This document shows positions 11,751 through 24,835 of a DNA stretch of 64,000 bases, piece by piece. The translations under genes were made by a program, and so were the position numbers. Source of the DNA: Squalus acanthias (taxonomy: Eukaryota); NCBI GenBank assembly GCA_030390025.1, contig CM059438.1, forward strand, positions 65,474,001 through 65,538,000, read 5' to 3'. Position 1 is the stretch's first letter. Each line of letters begins with the position of its first letter. Below the pieces are notes generated by a model that worked only from the letters and a program-made list of their open reading frames with translations, ran no database searches and had not been told where the DNA came from.

Positions 11751-14319
11751 GAGTGCGCCAGCGTGGGAGGAGTGGTGAATACATGTATGGAGGAGGAGGC
11801 TGAGGTATGGTAAAAGAAAAAAACTTCTTGCATTTCTATAGCACCTTTCACGACCTCAGGACATCCCAAATCCCTTTACAGCCGATGAAGTATTTTTGAA
11901 GTGCAGTCACTGTTGTAATGTGGGAAACGCGGCAGCCAGTTTGCGCACAGCAAGGCCCCACAAACAGCAATGTGATAATGACCTAATAATCTGTTTTAAT
12001 GATGTTGATTGAGGAATAAACATTGGCCAGGACACTGGAGAGAAATCCCCTGCTCGTTTGAATAGTGCCATGGGATCTTTTAAGTCCATCTGAGAGAGCA
12101 GACGGGGCCTCGGTTTAACGTCTCATCCGAAAGACGGCACCTCTGACAGTGCAACACCGAGACAAGGACATGGAGGGATTTGAAAGCAAGAATGAGGATC
12201 TCATTTCAAATATCAATATTTTCCGATTGTCTGTTTCGCATTTCCTTGCTGTTGTTAATTTTCCTCCCGTACCTCTGTGTTGGAGATTATCCATAAAATA
12301 CAGGAATGCTGTTGTTACACTGTCCCATATAATAAAACCACAATAGTTACATAGAATTACTTAGAATTTACAACAGAGAAACAGGCCATTCAGCCCTACT
12401 AATCTATGCTGGTGTTTATGCTCCACACGAGCCTCTTCCCACCATACTTCACCTAACCCAATTAACAGAACCTTCTATTCTTTTCTCCCTCATGTACTTA
12501 TCTAGCTTCCCCTTAAATGCATCTATGCTATTCGCCTCAACTACTCCTTGTGATAGCGAGTTCCACATTCTAACCACTCTCTGGGTAAAGAAGTTTCTCC
12601 TGAATTTTTTATTGGATTTATTCTTTTTTTTAATATTACAGAAATGAGCATGAAAGTCTACTGAGATTTTTTAAAAAGCAATTTACGTCATTCCCCAAGG
12701 TATAAGTGTATGAAAAGTGATGATTGCATTTGGTTAAAACTAGTTGCTGCAATTTTAAAATTGACACAAATGATTAATTAAAATGATAGCAGGAAGTTCT
12801 ATTTTCAGCCTTCACACCTCTATATATCCTCTGGAATGTTCACTGTTTCCTTTTCTTCTGTTAATTTGTGCTCCCACCAGGTTTTTCAACCTCGATTCCC
12901 CACTGTAAAAACCTCACAATTCAGCATCAGGGATTGAAATATCCATGTGATTATGGAGGCTAGATCAAATCATGATCAAAATTGAGCAGAGGAAAGTAGA
13001 CTGTAGTATCTGGTGAAATGAAAGGACCAGGGCTGTGAAGGAACTCTGGTGATGCCATCCAAGGAGACTTTGGAAGCTTGATTCCAGCTGCCGAAAAAAG
13101 CAGACACTTAAAGCCAAGCTTATAAGAAATGTCGAGGTTTAACTATTTCGTGTCTGACAGAGCTTTTGAAACCAACATCATTTAAAGTTTGGACTTTTTT
13201 GTTTTGTTGAACTAACAGTGCAATTTAAAAAAAAAAATATCCACATGAAGGGTCAAGGCCCAGAGTACAGGACAGACCGAGTCTGAAAAGATGAGGTGAA
13301 TCAAGAAATAGTGAGGCAGAAATGAGTCTGGGGCCTGTTTTTGGCACTGTGTGAGTAGCACGCGCCCGAACAGATAGGCCTCGGGCCTATTCTAAATATT
13401 CCGGGCAAGCTGCCGGCTCCTCCTTTCTCCAGGATTGAAACTTGACGGGCAGTATCCCTTGGGTAAGTTCTGGGAGTTGGGTTGGAGCAAGGAGGGGCGC
13501 CACAGAAAGGTTTTCTATATTAAAAAAATTAAATAAACCTACCTGTAGTTGGCCGCTGAAGAATCCTGAGCGGGGCAGGCGTCGGGCCTGTCCTGTTCAT
13601 CGGTGACTAATTTTGACAGCTGCCTATGCCCCACACGCTTTGTATACCCCCTAAACCCTTCTGCTTCTCTCCTCTTTTAAGACCCTCCTTAAAAACCCTC
13701 CTCTTTGACCTAAGCTCTCGATCAACCCGCCTAATGTTGCCTTATTTGGTTTGCCATTCATTTTTTTCCCTGGCTCTGTGAAGTGCTTTAAGAGATTTTT
13801 CTGTGTCAAAGGCTGTATATAAGTTCAAGTTGTTGTTCTTAAAAGCCTATGGATTGTCAGAGGAAGAAAAGGCTGAGGACAATTACAAGATCCACACGTT
13901 TGAGGGAGCTGGGAAAGAATGAGTCGAAGATGATTCAGTGAGTCTCGATTTTGACTCGATGAGGATGAGGAAAGAAGAAGAGTGTGCAGGATAGCTTATG
14001 CAGAACAAGAGAGGAAAGTTCGGAGCAGGAAGGACCTTTGTCATACAGATGAAATCGTGAGAGACAGGAAAGGCTATGACAGAGAGAAAAGTTGGAGGCT
14101 AGAAACAAATGGGGGAAAAAAACGTGAATTTCTATGCTTACTTTCTGGCTCTTGAAAAATTACAGCAGAGTTCTCCAAAGATTACAGCTGATGTGTAGCT
14201 TTGAAATTTAAAGCCAAAGGTTAGTTGAAACGTAAGAATATTCTGTTAAATTGTCACATAAATATTATAAAAATAGACAGCATGGCACTTAGCAACGCTG
14301 ACTAATTGTCCCCCGTTAG

Positions 14320-14525
14320 TTTATCTTATCCTCTTAAGCTGCTGGTCACAGACATTGTGAAGTTTCTGTGCGGTGACCTTTTTAATTGGGAGCACTGGCC
14401 GCAGCCCTCAATCCCCATTAGTGAAGACCCCAGAGAAGACTTCTTATGCAGAATGTCTGCACCCAGCTGCCTATGATCAGTTGTTTGAAAGCTTGAAGCA
14501 CAAGAACAAGGGAGTGCCGAGACCA
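14320..14525 (+). pseudogene. Exon with two in-frame TGA
   Basis: ttgtcccccgttag|14320 ... acc a|gtaagt; LSYPLKLLVTDIVKFLCGDLFNWEHWPQPSIPISEDPREDFLCRMSAPSCL*SVV*KLEAQEQGSAET (TGA at 14474 and 14486). Confidence 0.65.
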
Positions 14526-16761
14526 GTAAGTCCACTGACATACTCCATTTGCATCCCTGCAATCTGCATTCCAATTCAGAAAAAATACCCTTCTCTTTAA
14601 AAAAAAAACCTGTCTCCTTATACTCTCATTGTTCCTGGGCCACAGATAAATACAAGTGAAGGAGGCCATTCAGCCCACCTTACCTCAACCATCTGGTAAA
14701 CGTACATCCGCACCACAGCCTCCAACCATTTATGAAATGACTGCACTGTTTTTGCTTCCACGACTCAACATGTAAGTCCATTCCAGGTACTCATCATTCT
14801 TTGCATGAAGAATTTCCTGGCATCGTGCCAAATTTGCCTTTCACCAATTTAAACCTATGTCCCTTTGTCTTAATTCCACAGTTTCATTGGTTGTTGTGTT
14901 CTGGATTTGCTTTTTCTATACCATTGGATGTCTTGCATCCCTCTATGAGATCCCCTCCCAATTGGAACGGTTCTGGGCTTGAGATGAGGGACTAATTCCT
15001 TGTTAAACCAGGCTCCCTTCCCAGACCTAACTGGACTGATTGACTGCTCATAAGTCTCTTTGTCCTTTTTCTCCTTAAGCTTTTACAAAATGGAAGGGCT
15101 ACCCACTGACCTCTTCCTTGTTCAGTCATTTGCAAATCGGCTTGTCAATAAAACACCGATCTTGCTCGTGTCCATGTAGTGGGGTGGACATCCAGAAGCA
15201 CTGGTCAGACAACACCTGCTGTAAGTCACAAAGCAAATAAAAAACTCGTATTTATATAGTACCTTCCACATCCTCAGGATGCCTCAAAGTGCTTCACAGC
15301 CAATGAATTACATTTGAAGTGTAGTCACTGTTGTTATGCAGGCAAATGTGGCAGCCATTTTGTGCACGGCACATTTCCACAAACAGCAACTGAGATGAAG
15401 GACCGGCTAAGCTGAGCTTTTTTTGGTGGTTTTGGTTGACGGGCGATGTTGGTCAGGTCACTGGCAGAGCTTCCTGTTCTTCGAATAGTGCCATGGGATC
15501 TATTGTGTCCACCCGGACAGGGCCTCTGTTTAACATCAGTGTAGGGGAGTTGTCAGCTTTTACCTGATGCGCAGCAGTTACTAGAATGAACATGATGCTT
15601 TAAAGGGTTTGCTGAGCTGGATGGTTGAGAATGTAGTGAAGGTGATTTAAAGTAATTGTCTGTGGTGGAATGGTTTGGAGGGACCCTACCATCTGTTTGA
15701 ATAAAAAGGATTCATCTGGAGGGAGAGGTTCTTCAGAGTTTACTGTTCATAAAGAAGAAGATCATTTACGCTGATATGATGAACCACCCTGTCACCAGAA
15801 ATAAAAGATTCAGTTATATTACATCAGAGCTTGTGTTGGCTGATGGCCTATAAATGTTTATTTTCACTTGTCATCTTGCTGTGCTCCCTTCAAACTCTGC
15901 ATCTCATTCTTCGATTCTGCAACATAAACACAGCTTTCTTCCTTTATGTTGTCCTGCCACCCGGTGCCACTGACTTTCTCCACACGCACTTTACTCAGTC
16001 GCGGGTCACTGCAGCACGTCGCCTCTGGGACGTTTTTGAGTTTGAATCTCGTAACATGGAACAGTTACAATTTTCACTGACATCTGTTTGCCTGCTCGAA
16101 TGGAAAACTGGCTCAATTATTTTCCCCTTTAAAACTTTAATGTTTTTCTTAAAATGGTTGGCAATTAATTTTTTTTTTTTTAAAAAAGAATGGAACGAGG
16201 CACTTACTTCTTTCAAATAAATCCTCATCTGTTTTTCAAATCGATTTGTGAAGTTCGCATTTTGTTTTTGGCGATCTGCCTAGTCAAGGAAATCTGGTCG
16301 TTTCGTGCAACCTTCACTGATAAAGCATGAAAGTCTCCCTTGCTGTTGATGGGGCGCGGTCACGGCAGGGTGTGAGTCCGAGCTGGATCTAGTTTCAAAA
16401 GCTCTGGGCACAGCATCATGTCGTTTGATGGATTATTTTTGTGTCCCCCAAGTTCCCATCAGAATGTTATGGCAGTGTCCAATTAAACCCAAAGCTAACT
16501 CCCCTCACGCTGGTATGATCCCTCGCAAATGATAAATAGAATCCGTTTTCATGTGTTCAAAAAACAAACTGTGGCAGGACACAGTTTCTGAAGGCTGCCG
16601 TCATTGCAGAGTGAATAACAGAATCATCAAAGCATCACTTCTTGCTGTGGAATGCTTCCATATTTTTTCATCTTGTGCTCAAAATGGCCAACTGCGATTG
16701 AAGGCCTGGCAGTTGGATGGTATATCACTTATACTATACATTTTGCATTGATTACATTGAC

Positions 16762-17190
16762 CTACATTGGCTCCCGGTCCGGCAACGCCTCCATTTTAAA
16801 ATCCTCATCCTGGTTTTCAAATCCCTCTATGGCCTCGCCCCTCCCTATCTCTGTAACCTCCTCCCATCCTACAACCCTCCATGATCTCAGCGCTTCTCCA
16901 ATTCCGGCCTCTTGCACTTCCACTATTTTCATCACTCCACCATTGGTGGCCGTGCCTTCAGTTGCCAAGGCCCGAAGCTCTGGAATTCCTTCCCTAAACC
17001 TCTCCATCAGTCTACCTCTCTCTCCTCCTTTAAGACATTCCTTAAAACCACCCTCTTTCATCAAACTCTTGGTCACCTGTCCTAATATCTGCTTATGTGG
17101 CTTGGTGTCAAATTTTGTTTGATAATGTACCTGTCTTGGGACATTTTATTATGTTAAAAGCACTATATAAATGCAAGTTGTTGTTGTTGA
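16762..17190 (+). mobile_element. L2-type LINE 3' fragment
   Basis: LHWLPV...FKILIL...LAPPYL-like coding and ctatataaatgcaagttgttgttg tail; related copies at ~18000-18430(-), 18990-19490(-), 41560-43170 and 48110-48800. Confidence 0.75.
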
Positions 17191-17329
17191 TTAAGAATAC
17201 TTCTGGCTTTGCACAAATACAAAACCAAAGTATCATCCAAAGTCAGCCCAAACTCAAAAGAGCCTCTCCAATGCAACATTTTTCTATTTCCAACACGTCC
17301 TGTGAATTCTGAGTGACATTAACAATTAT

Positions 17330-17501
17330 GTCAATGAGAGCCAAATTAGGTGGCAGATTTGTACTGTGGGCCCAAATCTGAGACTGCTCCAACTCATTTC
17401 ACATGAGCCAGCAGACTTTCATCCCATTAGCCTGGGCTAAACTTGAACCCAGGACTGAGAAGTGAATGGTCACTGTCTAAGGCACTGTATCACTGGGTCC
17501 C
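17330..17501 (-). mobile_element. LF-SINE-like tRNA-SINE fragment
   Basis: - strand cattcacttct...gggttcaagtttagcccagg...gaaagtc...atgtgaaatgagttgg...gtctcag resembles the LF-SINE consensus as I recall it. Confidence 0.55.
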
Positions 17502-18698
17502 TTATGCTTTCGGCCCAATGTGCCTGCATTGATCCTGTTTTAATTGGTTGTTTTCTGACCCAGATACATCCTGTCCCCAAAGACTGGAGAACCTTGGACC
17601 TGCCATAGGTCAGCAGCATTTTGCTTCTCTACTTCATTTGCTGAGGCAGTATACTCAGATGATATTTCCTCTTTTCAAATTGCTCCATTCCCAGATCCCA
17701 GTGGAGAATACTGTTGAATTCAAGGACTTTCTCTGTTGTCTCTCATCTGAGAATAGTTGATAGATCTCTGCCATTACACAATAGACATTTTAGCATTTTC
17801 ACAGGACTTAAATTTGAAGCCATGTCCCAAAAGTTGAATTACATCAATTTAGACATGATGTGACTCAATTTACTATATTACTGTGTGAAGATAGAAATTT
17901 GTAATCCCTCTTCAGTCTTTGATTAAAGCACTTTTCCCTCAGATCCCTCTTCTTTTGACTAAGCAGTTTACCTTGGGGTTTCCCCACCTCCCATTCCAAC
18001 AACAACTTGCATTTATATAGCGCCTTTAAGGTAGTAAAACATCCCAAGATGCTTCACAGGAGCGTTATCAGACAAAATTGACACCGACCCAAAGAAAGAG
18101 ATATCAGGACAGGTGCCCTTGGTGAAAGAGGTACATTTTAAGCAGCATCTTAAAGAGGGAGGCGGAGAGGCGGAGAGAGGGAATTCCAGAGCTTAGGGCC
18201 TAGATGGCTGAAGGCACGTTCGGCAAAGGAGGGCGAATGAAGTGGGGGATGCACAAGAGCCCAGACTTGGAGGAACGCAGAGTTCTGAGAGGGTTGTAGG
18301 GCTGGAGGACGTTACAGAGAGATAGGGAGGGGTGAGACCACGGAGGGCTATAGACAAGAAGATGTTAATTTTTAAAATCAAAGTATTACTGAAACGGGAG
18401 CCACTGTAGGTCAGCGAGCACAGGGGTGATGGGTGAACAGGATCATGTTGCCATGTTCCACCCTGTTCCTGAGCACGTAGACGTTTAACTATTGCTTTCA
18501 TAGAACTAAGCTTCATGAGAAGACAGCTGTCATATTTCACGTGGATATTTTGCTGAAAGAGAAGCATTCAACTGCATTTTTATCTACTCCTCTGTTGAAA
18601 AAGATTAGTCATTTTAACAAGGGACAAGCTGTGATCCCATTAATCTTGTGAGCAGCTTGTACCAATGTGCTGATGATATTTACTATGTTCTTTATTAG

Positions 18699-18742
18699 AT
18701 GTCACTTGCCGGAAACTGAATTCACTGTGAATTTATGAAGAG
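18699..18742 (+). pseudogene. Short candidate exon
   Basis: tactatgttctttattag|18699 ... gag|gtagat; VTCRKLNSL*IYEE; phase 1 to 0 bridges its neighbours. Confidence 0.35.
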
Positions 18743-19931
18743 GTAGATCTGGTTTCACAAGTACAGCTGCAAAGAGTCTTTTACATTTACATTATTATTG
18801 GGCTCAGAATATAAAGTATGGTGCAAGATGATCAGATCAAAACTGATGACATTAAGGTCAGTGCACAGTGACTGTCTGTTTAAACATACTTCGGTGCTGG
18901 TTGTTAGAGCATGGGTAGAATGTAACACTAGCCAGTATTATGTCCAGCACTCCTTCTCCTCGAATGTCGTGGGAGCGTGTTTACAACAACAACTCGCATT
19001 TATATAGCATCTCTAATGTAGCAAAGCATCCCAAGGTACTTCACCAGGGCGTAATCAGACAAAAATTGGCACCAATCCAAAGAAGGAGACATTAGGACAA
19101 GTGACCAAATGCTTGGTGAAAGAAGTAGGTTTTAAGGAGCATCTTAGAAGGAGGAGAGAGAGGCGGAGAGGTTTAGGGAGGGAATTCCAGAGCTTAGGGC
19201 ATGGATGGCTGAAGGCACAGCCGCCAATGGTAGGAAGAATGAAGTGGGGGATGCACACGAAGCCAATGTTGGAGGAATACAGAGCCCTCAAAGGGTTGTA
19301 GAGCTGGAGGGCTGGAGGAGGTTACAGAGATAGGAAAGGATGAGGCCATGGAGAGATTTGAACACGAGGATGAGAATTTTAAATTAGAGGCATTGGTGGA
19401 CTGGGAGCCCAGTGAACACAGGGATGATGAGTCAATGGGACTTGGTGCGAGTTAGGATGGGGCAGCTGAGTTTTGGATGAGCTCTGGTTTAAATGGGCAG
19501 ATCTAGATGATGACGGGACTGAGCTGGGCAGGCTCTAAAATCCTCAGGATAAGGATAAACCCAAGACAGCGAGGCAAATGTAATGTAAAGTGCAACCAAT
19601 CTTCCATGCAGCCTGTAGCCGATTGTGGCATGCAAGTGGAGAATATAACAAGTGTGATTTATATTTTCACAATTAACTGTATCAAACCTTGAATCTGGAA
19701 ACAAGCCAATTGCTTAAAATTAATGCCTTCGCATCTAGTGTAAGCAAAGATTTACTGCTAAACTCTACTGCTTTGGTTTTATTTGAGGTTCTGTTTGGTA
19801 TAATTGGTCCACTATTCCCAAATCCGATATAACAGAGCCGAGAGCACGCGAAAAATAATCCATGATAGACTGCAACTTCAACAATAAAAAAAGTAACTAA
19901 AAAACACCATTACTCATATCTTCATTCTTAC

Positions 19932-21930
19932 GGGAATGGTAGCATAGTGGTAATGTCACTGGACGAGTAATCCAGAGGCCTGGACTAATGATTCAGAGGC
20001 GCGAGTTCAAATCCCACCACAGGCAACTGGGGAATTTAAATTCAGTTAATTAAATAAATCTGGAATAAAAAGCTAGTATCAGTAATGGTAACCATGAAAC
20101 TATCGGATTGTTGCAAAAACCCATCTGGTTCACTAATGTCCTTTAGGGAAGGAAATCTGCCGTCCTTACCTGGTCTGGCCTATATGTGACTCCAGTCCTA
20201 CAGCGATGTGGTTGACTCTTAGCTGCGCTCTGAAATGGCCACTCAGTTGTAACAAACTGCTATGAAACACAATAAGAATGAAACCGGACGGACCACCTGG
20301 CATCGACCTCGGCACCGGCTACGGACACGACAATGGCACACCCAGCCCAGTCGACCCTGCAAAGGTCCTCCTCACCAACATCTTGGGACTTGTGCCAAAA
20401 TTGGGAGAGCTGTCCCACAGACTAGTCAAGCAACAGCCTGACAGTCATACTCACAGAATCTTACCTTTCAGCCAATGTCTCAAACTCCTCCATCACCATA
20501 CCTGGGTATGACCTGTCCCACCGGCAGGACGGACCAACCAGGGGTGGCGGCACAGTGGTATATAGTCGGGAAGGAGTGGCCCGGGAAGCCCTCAACATTG
20601 ACTCCGGACCCCATGAAGTCTCATGGCTTCAGGTCAAGCATGGGCAAGGAAAACTGCTGCTGATTACCACCTACCGCCCTCCCTCAGCTGATGAATCAGT
20701 ACTCCTCCATGCTGAACGCCTCTTGGAAGAAGCAATGAGAGTAGCAAAGGCACAGAATGGAGTCTGGGTGAGGGACTTCAATGTCCATCACCAAGAGTGG
20801 CTCGGTAGCACCACTACTGACCGAGCCAGCCGAGTCTTGAAGGACATAGCTGCCAGACTGGGCTGGAGTCATACCTAGCACAAAGGAAGATGGTTGTGGT
20901 GGTTGAAGGTCAATCATCACAGCCCCAGGACATTGCTACAGGTGTTGCTCAGGGCAGTGTTGTAGGCCCAACCATCTTCAGCTGCTTCATCAATGACCTT
21001 CCCTCCAACCTAAGGTCAGAAATGGGGATGTTTGTTGATGACTGCACAGTGTTCAGTGCCATTCACAACTCCTCAGATAATGAAGCAGTCCATGCCCCCA
21101 TGCAACAAGACCTGGATGACGTTCAGGCTTGGGCTGATAAGTGGCAGGTAACATTCGCGCCACAGAAGTGCCAGGCAATGACTATCTCCAACAAACGAGA
21201 GTCTAACCACCGCCCCTTGACATTCAACGGCATTACCATCGCCGAATCCCCCACCATCAACATCCCGGGGGTCAGCATCGACCAGAAACTTAACTGGACC
21301 AGCCACATAAATACTGTGGCAACAAGAGCAGGTCAGAGGCTAGGTATTCTGCGGTGAGTGTCTCACCTCCTGATTCCCCAAAGCCTTTCCACCATCTACA
21401 AGTCACAAGTCAGGAGTGTGATGGAACTCTCCACTTGCCTGGATCAGTGCAGCTCCAACAACACTCATGAAGCTCGACACTATCCAGGACAAAGCAACCC
21501 ATTTGATTGGTTCCCCATCCCCCACCTTAAACATTCCCTCCACCAGCGGCGTACCGTGGCTGCAGTGTGTACCATCTCCGAGATGCCTTGCCACAACTCG
21601 CCAAGACTTCTTCAGCAACAACTCCCAATTCCGCGACCTCTTCCACCTAGAAGGACAAGGGCAGCAGGCACATGGGAACACCACCACCTCCAAGTTCCCC
21701 TCCAAGTCATACACCATCCTGACTTAGAAGTATATCGCCGCTCCTTCATCGTCGCTGGGTCAAAATCCTGGAACTCCCTCCCTAACAGCACTGTGGGAGT
21801 ACCTTCAGCACATGGACTGCAGCGGTTCACGAAGGCAGCTCACCACCACCTTCTCAAGGGCAATTAGGGATGGGCAATAAATGCTGGCCTTGCCAGCGAT
21901 GCCCACGTCCCATAAACAAATTTAAAAAAA
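19932..21930 (+). mobile_element. CR1/Jockey-group LINE with tRNA-like 5' head, internally deleted
   Basis: A-box-like tagcatagtgg and B-box-like gagttcaaatcc, then APE remnant (TYRPP, DFNVHH), RT (QGSVVGP, MFVDD), aataaa and poly-A. Confidence 0.85.
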
Positions 21931-22754
21931 AAATTCTTGAAGAATGAAGATGATAAATATCATCAGTTACAATTCTGTATTCCATTGATTGGATGGAATA
22001 CAAATCATTTTTAATGAAAGCTTTCACTGAACCTCAGCCTTACTTGAAAGGGACTCAGTTTGATCCAAAGACGGCACACGAGCACTCATTGCATTCAGCA
22101 GCCAATCTTTAAGTGTTGCTGGGAAATTTCATTTCTGTTTTCTGTGCTGGTTAAAAACAATAGCAGAATTTGTTTATTCCTCTTTTCTAATTCTTTCTCC
22201 TGACGATATTGGCTTGTGTTGGACTGCAGTTCCATAATCGGCCACCCTCCTTCAGGACCAAGTGGACAAATTTCATGGTTGATTCTGGACGGTGAATATC
22301 CATCAGGCTATGTGATTGTGGAAGGCATCATCGCCAAGTCTAATCCAGGCCTCATCTGATGGCAGCCAATACACGATTTCTGGCAGGGTGTCTCTGGGTA
22401 GTGTGATCAGGAGTGAGAAATCACAGCACCAGAGCTGCTTCAGTTAATGTCAGCTAACTCAGCTCAGACTAGCATCACACTGACTCAGCCACTGGGAGAG
22501 TTGTGTTAATCTTTCAGTTTTCAAATAGATTGGTGCCACTCAGCATTACAAGTGAACACTTTCAGTATTCTCAGTTAGAATGGTTTCAAATTCATATATT
22601 GAGGGGGCGCCTTTTGGAGGAAGGGTTTAACCGAGGCCCCATCTGCCCTCTCAGGTATATGTAAAAGATCCCGTGGCATTATTCGCAGAAGAGCAGCAGA
22701 GTTCTCCCCGGTGTCCTGGCCAATAGTTATCGCTCAACCAACTTCACTAAAACA

Positions 22755-23377
22755 GAAATAACAACAGAAAACGCTGGAAAAACTCAGCAGGCCAGGCAAC
22801 ATCCGTGGAGAGAGAAAGAGAGTTAACGTTTCAGGTCGAAACCCTTCGTCGGAACTGAGAGAGCAAGAAATAAACAGATAAAAATGCAAGGGGGAGGCTG
22901 GGGGGAGGAATAAAAGAACAAAAGGGATGGTCTTTAGTGAGTAGAGACATTAAGAGATGCTCAAGGCAAGACGAGATGGTAATGGGACAGGTTGAGAAAC
23001 AAAAGGTAAGGTGTGAAATGCTGGCAGAATCAGAGACAGCTGCCGTGGGGGGAGAGAGAGAAAAAAAAAGGAAAAAAGCACGGACCAAAAGAGTGGATAA
23101 AATGTATACATATGTGGTAGGGGACGGGGTTATGATCTGAAATTGTTGAACTCGATATTGAGTCCGGAAGGCTGTAAAGTGCCTAAACGGAAGATGAGGT
23201 GCTGTTCCTGGAGCTTACGCTGCGCTTCCGTGGAACAATGCAAGAGGCCGAGGACGGTGAGGTCTGAGTGAGCGTGGAGGGGTGAATTAAAATGACAGGC
23301 AACCGGAAGCTCGGGGTCACCCTTCCGGACTGAACGGAGGTGTTCCGCAAAGCGGTCACCCAATCTGCGTTTGGTCA
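22755..23377 (-). mobile_element. Penelope-like element 3' part (GIY-YIG endonuclease C-terminus) inserted in a DeuSINE
   Basis: TKRRLGDRFAEHL...PVACHFN...RKLQEQHLIFRLGTLQPSGLNIEF; hammerhead-like ccgacgaagggtttcgacctgaaacgtta near 22825-22855. Confidence 0.88.
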
Positions 23378-23689
23378 TTATCTCGTCGCTGTTTGTGGGA
23401 CCTTCCTGTGCACGAATTGGCTGCCATGTTTCCTACATTACAACAGTGACTACACTTCAATAAGTACTTAATTGGTTGTAAAGTGCTTTGGGACATTCCT
23501 GAGGTTGTCAATGACGCTACATAAATGCAAGTCTTTCTTTTCTTTTCAACATATCATAAGAATAAATTACCATGTACAGTGATCTGTCTGCAGGATCTAG
23601 AGGGTGTGATTTTTCCCTGATACTTTAGACACTAAAGAACCTCTGAGGTGGTCAAGATGAAGTCTTAAGCTGAAATGCCGGTTTAGCCC

Positions 23690-24200
23690 ATGTTTAGAAA
23701 CATAGAAGATAGGAGCAGGAGTAGGCCATTCAGCCCTTCAAGCCTGCTCCGCCATTCAATGAGATCATGGCTGATCATCCAAATTCAGTACCCTGTCCCT
23801 GCTTTCTCCCCATATCCCTTGATCCCTTTAGCCTTAAGAAATATATCTAACTCCTTCTTGAATATATTTAATGAATTGGCCTCAACTGCCTTGTGTGGTA
23901 GAGAATTCCACAGGTTCACCACTCTCTGGGTGAAGAAATTCCTCCTCATCTCAGTCCTAAATGGCTTACCCCTTATCCTTAGACTGTGACCCCTGGTTCT
24001 GGACTCCCCGGCCATCGGGAACATCCTTCCTGCATCTAGTCTGTCTAGTCCTGTTAGAATTTTATAAGTTTCAATGCGATCCCCTCTCATTCTTCTAAAC
24101 TCCAGCGAGTATAAGCCCAATCGACCCAATCTCTCCTCATACGTCATTCCTGCCATCCCAGGTATCAGCCTGGTGAATCTTCGCTGCACTCCCTCCATGG
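23690..24200 (-). mobile_element. 5'-truncated young CR1
   Basis: ORF 23785-24198 (MEGVQRRFTRLIPGM...RTRGH...FFTQRVVNLWNSLP) is nearly identical to 55900-56409. Confidence 0.95.
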
Positions 24201-24556
24201 TTTAGCTTAAGACACCATTTTGGTAAAGGAGTCGAAACTTGCACTTGGAACGACTTCCTGGAGGATCATTAAGGGGCAGATTGTCACTTAAATTGCCTGC
24301 TAGCGCTCATTAAGGAGACTGCACGACATTTTGGTGGCTAGCACTTGACCTAACACCCTTTCATAACAGCGACCAGCTGATTGGGAGTAAACAAGGTGTT
24401 GCAGAGGAGTTTGAGCACTACTTAAAGGTATATCACCTTTTACTGTTGACTTGTTGCTAATGGTTTGAAGAGGGCTTTTGAAACATATCAGGAGACTTTT
24501 TAGGTCACTTTGTCAAGACTTCACCAACACACCTTCAACATTTATTCTAGAAATTA

Positions 24557-24835
24557 CATAGAAACATAGAAACATAGAATCTAGGAGCAGGAGTAGGCCA
24601 TTCGGCCCGTCGAGCCTGCTCCACCATTCAATACGATCATGGCTGATCATCCAAATCCAGTACCCTGTCCCTGCTTTAATCCCCACAGTACACATATCCC
24701 ACCCTACCCCCGTAACCCCATGTATTTAATTCCCCCTAACATATCCCATCACCCCACATATTTAATCCCCCCTAACACTAAGGGTCAATTTTTATCATAA
24801 CCAAATCAACCTAACCCGCACAATTCTCTGTGGAC
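24557..24835 (-). mobile_element. HE1/V-SINE-like element with CR1-derived tail
   Basis: (acatagaa)n tail and ~110 bp matching the young CR1 3' UTR, joined to a V-domain-like taacactaagggtcaattt...atcaacctaacc. Confidence 0.65.

Noticed and set aside
15575..15855. Protein-like stretches (HDALKGLLSWMVENVVKV; EVLQSLLFIKKKIIYADMMNHP)
   Set aside because: They lie in different frames and lack clear splice sites.
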